Shown: piece by piece, positions 25,833 to 38,854 of the stretch
Numbering within the stretch: the first letter of the stretch is position 1
How the letters are laid out: every line of letters begins with the position of its first letter
Assembly (NCBI GenBank): GCA_051362555.1
Contig: CM120645.1
Span: 434,001-498,000 of the forward strand
Length of the DNA: 64,000 bases
From: Lingula anatina
Taxonomy: Eukaryota; Animalia; Brachiopoda
Reading direction: 5' to 3'
Notes under the pieces: model-generated
Database searches by the model: none
What the model was told of the DNA's origin: nothing
The model's input: only the letters and a program-made list of their open reading frames with translations
Program-made: the position numbers and the translations under genes

Positions 25833-28800
25833 CTACACCCTGGGGTTACTTCTATCATTGGTGACCGTTTTCCTCAGTATCATTCCTTTCCTGATGTCAC
25901 CCAGTAGTGCTCCCCTCCCTCCTGAAGATGGTGCTGTGGTCTGTGTAGGTGCTGGAGGTGGTGGTGGTGGAGCTCCCCCTGGTGGCGGTGGTGGAGGAGG
26001 AGGAGGAGGCTGATGAACTGTTGCAGATGATGAGACAGTAGTTGGTGTGGGAGACTGTATAGATCTCGTTCTGGATTTTGAAGATTTTGATTCTTTCCTC
26101 ATTTCCCTGAGAAGAAATGAAGGATTGGTCATAATTTTGTCCAGCTTAAGTATGTATTTCATATCCTTGGCATATACCATATATAAGCAGTCGAGCAGTT
26201 TTCAGTGTTCTAACATATTACAAATCATCTTCAAAATTAAAAAATTTTAAACATCTCCATGTAAAATATTTGAACACCCATTTGTTAAAACGTGTATTTT
26301 ACCCATACCCATTTTAGTAATGTACGTATTTGTGAACTAGAGGACTTTTTCTCACCTATATTAAAAGCAAAGCAATTAAATTTTAGACTTCTGAACTAAT
26401 TGAGAAACCACAAAAACATTTTCATATTTAGTGAGTCTGTACATAAATCCATCTCACCATTTGTGCAGACAAAACTTGAGTTTTTAAAATTAAAGAACAT
26501 GCTGTTAGTGTCTACTAGTATATAGCATCTAATAGAAGAAGAAGAACTTGAAACCTTCTGTAAAGTAATAGTGGGATATAAAAAGAACCCAAGTAAAATT
26601 ATGTGTTTTAGAGTAAAGGAAGAAGTTGATAATAAAAATCTAAATACTGTAATGCCAGTGTTAGAAAACAGTGGGTTTTATAAATAGGTATCATGCATCT
26701 CACCAGTACAAGGTGACCATTCCATATATATATGCAATACTGAAGTCAAGTCAGTTGTAAACTATGTGACAAGGGGGCACTTTGTTATGTTCAGTTTATT
26801 AGTTGAATACTGACACCATTACAAGCAGGTAAGTATACATACGTTAGATCATGGAGAAGATAATCTGACTAGTCCAATAGTGCCAAACTTTGGGCCATAT
26901 GCTTTTTTTTTTTTTTTTTTTTTTGTCCCTGGTCATACAATGTCAACATAATGTCACCAAACACTATGAATTCTGAGAAAAGGGCTTTCAAAATTGTACC
27001 AAATTAAAGCCATAATTGTTTTTTTTTTAACTATTGACATTAACATGCTTCTTTCAAACCCAATTCTCACGTTTACTTTGCATAATTAATACCACATAAT
27101 TATGGCATGCTTTTTATATGATTTCATAAAACTAAAAAATGAAAATAATACCAATGTCAAAAAAGTTTTCTGTGTACTTCCACATAAAATGTTCACTATA
27201 ATTACAAAAAATCTTCAGTTTACTACTGGCTGAAAGAAGTGCAGCCCATACTGTTATAGCTCAAGGTTCACAGCTCTATCCCTGAAACTGCAATGATAAA
27301 CTTCATTGAAAATTTCATTCTCACAGAACAAAATGCCCAAAGTATGACAATTTTTGGAAAAAGGGGGAGTAAAATCCGAGCAATTCAGCACAAAAGAGGT
27401 TAGTTTGCCACCATTATTCCACCCAGTAAGTTGAGTTATCCTATCTCTGCTACATAGTACTTGTAAATTGTTTCCTTTACCTACATGTTTGTCTTAAACA
27501 AAAGGAAGACTGAACAGAAAAGAAATGGGATTAATTTAAAAAATGCTTTCAAAAAATAATAATTATTATAACAAATAACATACAATGAAAAATAAATTTC
27601 TACAAATATTATTGTGTATTTCTCAATCAGAACAGAGATCGTCTATTCATTTTATGAACATAGTTGTCCACAGACTCTAAACACGATGCAAAAAAAATTA
27701 ATGAAGACTTAAAAAAAGAACCATCATACATTATTGTCAGTACAACAGGAAAATGACCTTATTTTAAATAAGGCAAAGCAGTTTGTACATGCAGAGTGTC
27801 CAGCATCAATCCATATTAGCAACACTTACGGTAATTACTAGATCTTTTCAAGGGGGAAAAATTATCAAACTTTCAGGTACAAATTATGATAGCCACAAAA
27901 ATTATATTTCTGTATAATATATGTACTGGTAGTGCATTTACTACATAGAATACAGCTATAGAGAAGCCAGCATTTCGATTCTGATGCTATTGCGAAACAG
28001 GAATGTTGTAATTTTAAGTGACTTAAAAATACAGTTAACTGTAAAATTCACAATTTTCCCCCCACTTAAAAGATCGAGTAATTACCGTAAGCAAGTTTTA
28101 CATTAGTGTCTATCACAATATAGAATGTATATATCTGGAATACTTACCCTGGTTTACTGTATGGTGGCTGCTCTGCTTCACTTGATGATTTCCTCTTCAA
28201 TTTTCTGTCACATTTAAAAAGGTAAAGACAATGTGTGCATTAAAACCCTAAAATATTTTCCTTAAAATAATCACTATAACTATTTTAACAAAAAAATACA
28301 ATGTTAAATAATAATACTTTAAATGATAATCAGATTATGTTTATACACTACAAACTAAAAGTTTAAAACTTCTGTGGTAAAAGATGATCATTAGAGGATT
28401 GCTTGAAAAGAGAAAAACATAAAAAATTATCATTTCAAAATTGGCCTCATTTCTTAGTAAAAAATTCACTCACTTTGATGATAATTTTCCCTTCTTTACA
28501 CTCTTCAGTAACGCCTTCATGTTTGATGTGAAGTGAATCTAAACATAATTACAGTCATTATATTTACTGCATCCATAAGTCATCCAGTTTTGTTACTCCT
28601 CCCCCCCATTAAAAATACAGATATGAATAAGTAAATAAATAAATAAATATTATCTTAATTAATATATAAATGAATAAATGAAATATATTTAAAAAACAAT
28701 AATGAATATTAGGCAACATGGTTCTGTGCAATCCTTAACACTAAAAACAAACATATACAGTTGTCAATATATTAAAATTGTAATACATTATGAACCAAAA

Positions 28801-31800
28801 AGTATTCAAATATTCTTAAGGTTTAAAGATAATTTGGTATGAAGGGTTTAAATAAGAAGTGGTTAAAAGCAACTCTCACTGGAACAGGGTTGTACAGCTT
28901 CAGGGCAGGCAGGATAACAGGACTGAAAAAACTCCATTGGTTTATCTAAAATATACAGGGGAAATAATGTTAAGTTGATAAAGTTATTTCTAAAACAAAC
29001 ATAAATATTTTTAAAAATTTTACATCTTGTAGCCATCTAAATTTACAGTTCAGTCAAATGAGAAATAATTGATTTTTATGCTCCTGAGGAAATTCATTTG
29101 CTAGTTAACAATATTTTGTATTTATGTTATGTTATAAATCTTAGAATGATGTAACTTTTTTATAAAGACCGAGGAATTAATCAGTTATAAAACATTGGAC
29201 AAAAATATTAATCTGACTGAGATATGATAAAATTAAAAAAAAACTTGGTCTTCAGTATGGTTTATTACAAATCAGCATGCAATGTCTTCTAGTACAGTGA
29301 ATACCATGTTAAGCCCCTGCATACACAAATTCTTAATTCTTTTGACAGTTGAAACAATTTTTTCACCCCGAGTTTCAAAAAATAACAGAAGACTCATCTC
29401 CACTATCAGTGAGTGTGCTAGTTAGAGTCCAAAATATCTGATATACAGGGGAATTATCTCTTGTATGGAGAGAATTGTTATTTATTTATTCATTTACTTA
29501 TTTCTCACCTCTTGTATGGATGGAATAGTTTCACTGTGGAATATATAGTTCAGCACCTAAAAAATATTTAATCTGTTACAAATAATAATATTTCACCACT
29601 GAGGATTCTGTATGCATGCCAGCAATAATATGCCCCCCCCCCCCCCCCCCCCCCAACTGCCTAAAGTGGCAGAGGCTGTGCAATACCTTCTCTCTGAACA
29701 ATGTTCTTTTAGATGGGGAGAGCAACTGACTGAACTGCTTTCTTTTGAAAGTTACCAGCCAAAAGCATTTAAAGTTTATTTTGTCACATTTCATCCACTT
29801 GTCACAATAAAGTCTGGAAACTACTGTTTAACTTTTGACCCCGGGTCAGATAAATAGTGACCACCACCACCTTACCTCTGCCACATGAGGGGTTAGTTTG
29901 ATCAGGTGTCTCGCTTCCGGAAAGGCAGTATCGAGTTCAAAACCGCGTGACATCTCATAGAATAAATGACCTGTAGGATGAAGTGTATTATTCAATAAAA
30001 TGTTCAGCATCAGCCATACATACGTGATGTAAAATAACTAACCTACTCACTTTGATCAATACTTACACAATACCCAATAATACACTTTAATGTATACAAC
30101 ATATGCTATCAATTACACATGTGTTACAGAGTAAATCTTGTATCTAAATCATCATTACAAAACTATTGCTGGCCTCAATAGTTGTGTGAATAAATTATCA
30201 ACTTTATTATCCTTGGTGGTATCTGTGATGATGTGATTGTGTTGGTTGTGACAGTCAATTGTGTTAGTTGTGACAGTCAATTGTGTTGCTACTGCTAAAT
30301 TTGGAAACAGGCTGATGTGGCATGTAGCAGAACTCGTTCTTACCAAAACAAAGTGAATCAATAGAATCCCTGCTATCCCTGAGCTTCTTCTTAAGAATTG
30401 GTTCTAATTTAGATTCCAGACCAAGGAAAGCGTTTTCATATCCAGCGAGTCTACATACAGAGTTCTGGATAAACACATTTCCTGAATGCACATGTCCGTG
30501 TGAAGGAAAACCCTTCTCTGATAAGAACAACAGAGCCTGAAAAAAAAATTAAAATTTCATTTAGGTTATTATCAAAACTTTTTCAAAATAAGAAATACTT
30601 TGAATTCAGACAAAATACAAGACTTTGAAACATTTGTCAGGGTGTTAATCAATATTCATTGCCAGGTAAACTATGTGTCAGTTAAATATATATACCAGGG
30701 GGTTAAAATTTAGTCGACTGCATTCAGCAAGAGTCCCTGCAGAATGGATCGATCTACTTAGACCGATAATTTCACTGGGAATGGGCCCTTAGTTTGAAAT
30801 GTATATATTCCTGATACACCTACCTCTAAAATCTGCTTCCCAAATGTCTGTAATTGCTGTAATGGTAGACCACTACTTCTGAAGTTATATTTGGAGACAT
30901 ATGCTTCTGAACACCGTGTCTGCAAAAATAATTATACAAATTAATACCCATTACAGTAATAACCAGATCTTTTCAATGGGCTAAAATTATCAAAATTTTA
31001 GATACATAATTTTATTACCACAAAATTACATTTCTATGTAGCATTTTCGATGCTTTTACTGCATAGAATAGAGCTATTGAGAAGACTGCTTTTTAATTTT
31101 AAGAAATTATGACTTAAATACACAGCATATGTAAAATTCACAATTTTCTCCAATTGAAAAGTTGGAGTAACTGCATAATACTATGTACATACATGCTTTT
31201 CTTTATGTATATAATATAAGTACTGTATGAAATAGGTGATATTTATCCATATTAAGTATTCAGTCCATATTACTTAATCTCCAATTTTTCTGTGTTAATC
31301 CAAAATATCATATTTCATCATCTGACATTCATAACATTCAAATATAAAACTCAAATATAAAGCTCACATACCTTGTATATTAAATCTTTTAATGATCCCT
31401 TGTTGCTATAAGGATGTATAGCTACTATCAAGTCTTGTTCAAAAACAAAGTCTATATCATGAAGGGGAAATATAAAGGGATGCTGAAAGTAATAATACAA
31501 TATAACTGAGAACAGTAATATAATTCCACACTTAACAATCTTTTTTACATTCTTTAAATTTTGTCAAACACATTTCAATATTGAAAATTACATTCCTTTA
31601 GACATCTTTTAATTTAAAATAACAGCTGCACACAACAGTGTACTTTGTGTGTGTCTGCCTGTCTGTCTGCCACCCATCTACCTGTTCTTTGTCTCATCAT
31701 AAGCCGTGTAAGCAACATAAGCTACCTGTATCTGTATTGCTGTCATCACCTCTGACAAAGTCTTTTTATTGGCTGCAGTAAAGAACATTGGCATTGCATT

Positions 31801-33950
31801 CGGTTTGGGAACCATACTCAGCACCTTCTCTGTGCGGCTTTGGACATCTTTTATCAGAAACCAGTGCTTCCCAACTCTACTTCCTGAAATATTAAAACAG
31901 CAGTACTGGTTGGTTCCAAGTAATAAACACTTGAATTATGAATTTTTAAAGAGAAAAACAGTGTTCTATGAAACTAGAAGAGGGGGCATATAGTCTTGTT
32001 GGTAGGTAAACTTCATCAGAAAATTGGACAGACTAACCCAAGTCCATCATCTGGTTAGACCTGATGATTGTGCTAGATGTGACCAATCCTGCTGTTACTC
32101 AATAATGTGTTAGGTATGATTCAAGTTGTGTTAGACATGACTTAATTGCATTAGATGTAACTCATGTAAAGTTATATGTGACTCATGCCCTGTGATGTGT
32201 AACTCAATGTTATGTTAGGTCTGACTCATGTTGTGCTGAATGTGAGATGTGACACCAATGTCTTACGTGAGACTAGATTGTGTCAGGTGAGACTTGATTG
32301 TGTCAGGTGTGAAAACAGACTGACCTATGTCTTCCATCTGGTCCACCAGCACATACTGACCAAGTGACCGTAGGTAATACTGACAATTTAACAAGGCAGC
32401 CTCTGAAGTCAATAAACAAATGAATCTTTAATAAAACAGAAATATCAAAAAAGACATAAAAGACATAATGTGTGTAATTGTGTACACTTGGTTTCACTCG
32501 ACTGTCAGCAGTCAGCAGAGATCAAGGACACAATGATAGTTGGGAACTGGGTACTTCATGTGATAAATAAATAATTGAAGTTGACATTGAAAACTGATAA
32601 GATAAAAACATAAAAATGTGATCAGAATCCATTGTCTGCATATTCCCCGCCACTAATTTTACTCACCTCTGACTGCATTTTGGCGTTGTTTGCTTTCTAA
32701 CTCCAGTTTTGCTGGAAGTGCGATGTCCTCGTGAAGTGCAGTGTAGTCATAGCGAGCATTATGTCTGAAAAATAAGAGATCATTGTTTTGTTAAGCACAA
32801 CATTCTGGAGTTTAATAACACATATTATTATGTAGTCAACAGATGGTACCAAATATAGCATAACTCTAAACAATTGTAATTGTAAGTCCAACACAACCAA
32901 CTTAATCAAAAAATTGTACATGTACGAGCACACCAACATACACACGTGCAAACACTCACAAACACATACACATAAACATATAACATTACCTGCATTTACA
33001 TATACAGTAGACAACGAGGATAATGATGACAACCAACACAATCCCCACAACTACCACCACCTGAAACAGTAACAGAATATTCAACAATATATATATTTAG
33101 CACATATATTCTGTATTAAGAAAGGTATATAAATTATCCTGTAATGAAGTTGCATTGCATCAGTTGTTATTATAATTCTTCATACAGATGTTATAAAAGA
33201 TAGTCACAATGATGTGTGTCAATTAAAGTGAGTTATTGTAACGCTGAGCGATCAGTTCTAATTGGTGGTTATTCTGGCAATGTGCATTATGTACCTGACC
33301 CTGTTTGGTGAATAAATATGGAGTTGAGATGAAGAAGCATATACGGGGACTCCATAAAAAAATCGCACTCTGAGCTCTTAGTTCCAAAATAGAATGTATT
33401 GTTGCAGTCATTATGTATCTAATAAGTCACTGGACCACAACAGTGTAACACTGCATCAAAAATGAATAAAAGCTTTTGAAACTAGAAAAGCACTCCTAGA
33501 GCGCAGACCTCCGCCAAGGCAGCAATTTATTATTATTATTATTATTGCTTGATTATTGATCCAGATCACCACCAAAAACTAATCACTTCTAAGTTAACCC
33601 ATTTCCCACCTACCCTGAAAATTTCATCAAAATCGGTCCATAACTGTTTGAGTTATGTTGATGACAAACAAGCAGACAGAAAGAAAGACAGACAAACAGG
33701 GGTGAAAACAACTTCCTTGGGGGAGGTAAAAAGTCTATAATATCACCATGGAAGGAGTACCTGTAATCACTGAAGTTGTTTTTATTTCACTTTTTGTCAT
33801 TTTTTATTTTCTGTACTCCAGAAAATACTGGAGCACAAATTAGTTAGCTTTGAAAGTACATAAAATCAAAATTGTTTATATAATTAATTTTCTTTAACCT
33901 TTTATTTTATGTTGTAGTTTTGTTTTGCACATATTTGGATTTAAACTCTA

Positions 33951-34016
<66 letters not shown>

Positions 34017-35951
34017 GGATAAAATTCTACTTTATGTTCAGCAAAGAGAAGTATATGAATTTTTATGATACAATCTCTTTTCTTTCGGATAAAAAAATAA
34101 ATGGTGTGGCTCAGATTTGTCCAAATACTGGGTATATATCATGACTCATAAACTACAAGCATGGTGTCCATATATATTAGTGTTGACGTGATCACTTCAC
34201 ACTGTCTAAACCTTTGTTTTTTTTAAGTATTTCATAGTTCTATAAAGAAGTGCCTTGTTTTATCTCTTAAATATGTATGACTGATACTTCAATCAAACAT
34301 CTTGAATCTAAAAAATGCACAGCTGTATAGTACACTCAGGCTTTTTTAATTTCTGTGATGGTTGGCCTAGAGTCCTGCACCTTATGTAAGTGTTCCAGGT
34401 AAGTCCATGGGTCCCTTGATAATTCTCACCTCAGTCTCTTGATAAAGCTGACCTTAAACTTTTAACATGAATGACCTTATTCACAGGTCACTGCACCCCT
34501 ACAGGGGGGGGGGGGGGGAGCGGCACGTACCTGTATACTGCACACACCTATCAACATTATGCTTAAGTACTCTGAGTCACCAACACTATAGTGTTTATTA
34601 TCAATATGGCCATGGTTGGCCTGAATTTTCACAACTTGCGTAAGCTGTGCAGTAAAATCAATGGGTTGTGTGTGAGTTTAATGACCTCAATTATGGGCCA
34701 TAGCAGGGGCAAGGTGGGCTGGTCTCAACAGGCCTCAATTACTATACATGTTTATTCCCCTGGAGATATATACTGCATTGATGGGAGTTCACTTTAATTT
34801 CCTCATATTATGTTATATAGTGTGCAGCGTGAGTGATGTGGTCTAAACCAAATAAATTTATGCTTTCACACATATATCACACCTGGTTTGGGGGGGGGGG
34901 GGTGTGCAATCAGCAATGTTTACTGCTGACCATGCTTAAACACAAGAGGTGATTAAATCTAAAGCCAGGGCTGTAGATAGACAGTACTTCTGTTCCTAGC
35001 CAATGGTTCTGTTCATTTTGGCTAAAAAAAAAATGGATTTTCCTGGGGTTTAAATCACTTTTCCCATCCTACCAACGTGTAATAAATCCATTCCAACATT
35101 CAAAGTAATTACTCCCTGTATTTTCTTAAAAGTTGGGCTTTTTGCAATAACCTCTTTTGAAATTATAACAGAGAGAGCCGCCTATGGAGGTCAAATAGTC
35201 TGAAGACAAGCACAGCTTCCAGAATAATTGAGACAACTGCCATTTTGGTGGTAAAAAAGAATTTATATAATATTTTTATGAGTTTTTTACAATGTAATTA
35301 TTTTGAAATATGGATCTCATAGGGAGATTTTTTTTAATCCATTTAAATCATAGCTGGTTTAAATCATAGTTTTGGCATTGGGGGATACGTTAACCTATTT
35401 GAAATATCTATATTTTCTAAATATTATTAACAGATATTTATAGTATATAAAAAGTACTCATGTATTGTGATAATAGTAATTATTCTGTGTATATAATTAA
35501 TGCTGTTTATATTTAAATTATTAAAACATATATGTTATACCGGTTTACCGTTTTTAATATAATAATAATAAAGGTGATCCAAAACTACCATAGTACAGCA
35601 TTATTTTTAATACTGTACGTGAGGTTCGAGAAGAATTTCATCAGCTGTGTTATGTCAAAAGAATGATGTGATTTTTTCTTCAGTCATCAGCTAATATTGA
35701 GATAGTTCATCAGGGAAACCATTCCCTAATGACGATGTCCTGCTAGACATCGAAATATTGGAGGTAAAAACGATCTCAATATTAGCTGTTAACTGAAGAA
35801 AAAATCACATCATTCTTGTACATGAGGTTGCAATTGCTAGTATATACTAGTAATTATTTGCAGGTTGAATATAGTGTCAAACCACTGCTCACGATCAACT
35901 GCCATCACTTACCCAAACGTTATTATTAATGAAATTCTCAAAGTCTCCCAT
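25833..35951 (-). CDS. Slowpoke-binding protein (Slob)/PXK(MONaKA)-family pseudokinase with N-terminal TM helix and C-terminal polyPro-WH2, 482 aa
   Basis: 14 exons: 35913-35951, 32990-33060, 32667-32764, 32325-32402, 31726-31883, 31372-31482, 30824-30919, 30344-30536, 29876-29970, 29509-29556, 28880-28945, 28474-28538, 28148-28204, 25833-26106. Family motifs CQYYLRS, DIGSRVGKHWFL, HPFIFP, KGSLKDLIY, FGKQILEALLFL..KGFPSHGHVHSGNV, CRLAGYEN, FGHLFYEM. WH2 GRGALLGDIRKGMILRKTVTNDRSNPRV. No PX domain. Confidence 0.9.
27825..28091. mobile_element. MITE, family with three copies in the window (best-preserved copy)
   Basis: Imperfect ~40-bp TIR CTTACGGTAATTACTAGATCTTTTCAAGGGGGAAAA / TTTTCCCCCCACTTAAAAGATCGAGTAATTACCGTAAG. 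Confidence 0.75.
30951..31178. mobile_element. Decayed copy of the 27825 MITE family
   Basis: Shares CAGATCTTTTCAA..., CATAGAATA.AGCTAT.GAGAAG and GTAAAATTCACAATTTTC...AAAAG with the 27825-28091 copy. Confidence 0.6.
33481..33732 (-). mobile_element. Short HINE-type (Helentron non-autonomous) element
   Basis: On the - strand: TTTTACCTCCCCCAAGGAAG 5' subTIR, (GTCT/GTTT) microsatellite, 3' subTIR CCTTGGCGGAGGT, hairpin GCGCTCTAGGAGTGC and terminal TTCTAGT. A related remnant lies at ~5700-5835. Confidence 0.7.
33951..34016. repeat. (AAT)n(ATT)n palindromic microsatellite
   Basis: About 10 AAT units directly followed by about 12 ATT units. Confidence 0.85.
35659..35817. mobile_element. Small foldback/MITE with ~45-bp inverted arms
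   Basis: AAGAATGATGTGATTTTTTCTTCAGT-CAT-CAGCTAATATTGAGAT paired with ATCTCAATATTAGCTG-TTA-ACTGAAGAAAAAATCACATCATTCTT. Confidence 0.7.
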
Positions 35952-36537
35952 GTTGCGGTATGTGCATTTGACGTAAACAGCGTTGACGTTACTTCCAGTT
36001 CAAACGCCGAAATTAGTGACATAAAAACACCCGTCTCTCCCAGTCGAGCGTGATCTCTCCTTTCTGTCAAGAAGACTAAAATTTCGTCCAGGATCTACAT
36101 ATTGTCCGGATGAGCGGCTTTGACCCGTCAAGTTTCCATGTACGAAGTGAAAAGTGAACTTTTACCCCGCGATCAGCTGAACTGACATCACATCTTCAGT
36201 CGCAACATTTGGAGCACATGATCAGTCACGTGACTCAACCAAGTTTCGTGGAACAAACTTTTGTGCAAAAAATGGTAATTGTTAGGTCTAAATGTTTTCG
36301 CAAAATATGCATAAAATTATATGTCAACAATGACATTTATATTATGTTTCATATATTGATTTTCGCCTGTAAATGTAGAAACAAAGTTAGTCTTCCTTTT
36401 AGATTGAATACAATATGTCTGCGCCCTGTAAAATTTTTTCTTATGCAACTTGCAGTGTGCAACTTGTGTAAAAGACGCTGATATTGATTGGCTGGTGTAG
36501 ATATTTTTGATCTTCCGTGGTGATTTTCAGAGGCGAT
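35952..36537. promoter_or_regulatory. Probable bidirectional promoter (Slob-like / DUF393) containing a palindromic E-box AGTCACGTGACT
   Basis: Divergent ATGs ~590 bp apart, CpG-enriched, with a 12-bp perfect palindrome at 36224-36235. Confidence 0.6.
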
Positions 36538-36966
36538 ATGTATCGCTACCGGCGATTTCTGAGAATTGATTTGGCAGTATCTGCCGTTAAACCCTCTGTG
36601 AAATCAAAATCATTCTTGACAGCATCTTTACCAAAAGACAGTGTTGTTGACAATTTGAAACCCTTATCAAGCTGTGTATATAGCAGACGCAGCTTTTCTT
36701 CAGATGGAGGATTTCAGTCACAAACAAAATACAAGGTATGAAAAATGACCAATATTACTTTGTCTGTAACTGTGAACGAACAAGAAATGTAAATATATGA
36801 AGACGCTTAGCATGGAGTTTGGCTCTTATGCAGGAAAAGTATGTTCATGTCTGGTAGATGAGAAAAATGAATTCCTGAGCAACAGTAAACACAAAGCAAA
36901 AGCAAATTCTGTTGAGCATGTGTATACACATTAACTCATTTTCTACCTCCTTAATTTTAAAGTATA

Positions 36967-37007
<41 letters not shown>

Positions 37008-38190
37008 GGTTGGCAAACTGGTTTTCATTATACAGCTTTGGAGGCCTTTGCTTTCATGTGTTATTACAGCTAACAAATATACATATCGGAGCCTGAATTT
37101 GGTACTACCTAGTATCTTCGTAATATTTTCACTTATACAGTACATTGCTTTATATGTTTTATTTTGTTTCAGGTGTTATATGATGGTGAGTGCCCTCTCT
37201 GCATGAAGGAAATACGTTTTCTCCAGTATATGGATAAGCGAAGACAAAATAAGCTGGACATGATAGATATATCATCCGCTGATTACAGACCAGAGGATAA
37301 TGGCGGGATCTCATATGAGACTGCGATGCAGGAAATGCACGTCATTGGGCCAGATAACAAGGTTGGAATTATTATTATTGGATGATGGAGTGAGCAACTT
37401 CATGTATACTTTGTGCAGTACATATATAAGCATATACAAACGTTCAAATGCACACAATTGTACATTTAATCACTCTTCACATTGAGGGGTGCAGTTTTCT
37501 GTGCAGCTCCAGTTTGACTAATCCTGTCGTGTAATTTTGTTATGGGGTTTTTTACTCCCTTTCACATTTACATGTACACACCTACTCAAAGTTTTTAAAC
37601 GTAAGAACTTGGTTTGATTTTGTAAAGGATCAAATGTGCTAGTTGAGATGGCTTTATTGCATTGTGCTAGGCTCAACAGTATCACACCTGACACAATACT
37701 GTTCACTATGTCAGTTCATTAAGGGAATTGTGATTGTGTTTTTGGATAAAGTACAACTTACTTCCAGAACAGATATCAACCACCAATTGCCTCTGAATAA
37801 AGAACCCATAGGTATTTTAAATACATCTAGAATTTAATTTTTTCTTTAGACATTTGCAGAGAAAAGTAATAAGTGCATAACGTTGACTCTAGTTTAGTAA
37901 GTACTTATTAACCAAGCCTGATTCTATCTTTTTAAGACACCATCACAATTCCAAATAAAATTCTATCAGTGATATGTGGTTGTTGTCAGGTGTATACCAG
38001 GGTGCCAGCCTTCCAGCAGATGTATGGTGCCGTGGGACTGGGCTGGGTGACCTCCTTTACTAAACTCCCAGGAATGCCGCGCCTCATGGACATTTTCTAT
38101 GGATGGTTTGCTAAGAACAGGCTGCGATGGACAGGAAGGCAGGTCTGCGCCACTGGGCAATGTAAGGTTGAGAGGAGGGATAAGAAATGA
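36538..38190 (+). CDS. DUF393 / DCC1-like thiol-disulfide oxidoreductase, 195 aa, probable mitochondrial presequence
   Basis: Exons 36538-36735, 37173-37361, 37990-38190, all phase 0. Hallmark VLYDGECPLCMKEI (DxxCxxC), ISYETAMQEMHVI, YGAVGLGWV, FYGWFAKNRLRWTGR..C..GQC. The N-terminal extension is rich in Arg/Lys/Ser. Confidence 0.9.
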
Positions 38191-38236
38191 AAAAGGTAAA
38201 GACTGTCTGGAAGATGTTTCTGCATGCATGTACACC

Positions 38237-38325
38237 TGTGTGTGTGTGTGTGTGTGTGTGCGTGCGTGCGTGTGTGCGTGCGTGCGTGCGTGAGAGTGTG
38301 TGTGTGTGTGTTTGTGAGTGTGTCT
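38237..38325. repeat. (TG)n/(TGCG)n microsatellite in the 3' UTR
   Basis: Read directly. Confidence 0.9.
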
Positions 38326-38854
38326 GTGGTAACTGTAGGTGTGAACCTCCCCTGCCCCTGGGACAGCAACAAAATGTTGCTGTGGATGGCATGGAAATCT
38401 CTAAAAAAATTGTTACTGATAATAAAGCAAAGCATGTGTTTGTAACTGTCAATTTTGTGTAAGTGATGTTAAAAAAATTGGTTTTGAGTAGTAGTTTAAT
38501 GTATTATTTTTGCGTTTGCTTGTTTATCATTATTGGGCATTATTGAGCAAATAATGGAAAACCGAAGAAATTGTTTTACGTGATATCCTCAGCTTCAGAT
38601 TGGATAAGCTACCCTATTCGCAGACTGTTTCATGCTCTTATAAATATTTGATTTTGGAATTGAAAGCACTGTTTATATCACAGCCATCAAAGAGAAGAGA
38701 ATGAAATATAATGTAAGCAATAGATTTGTTGTTATTGTGGTTAAGCAGTCCCGTTGGTGCGGTGTCAGTGACCTTGTAGCATTAGTACGTCATTCAGGGG
38801 GTTCCTTTTTTGTTACATAATTGCAAAGTGAACCATAAGGTACTGTGAAATATG

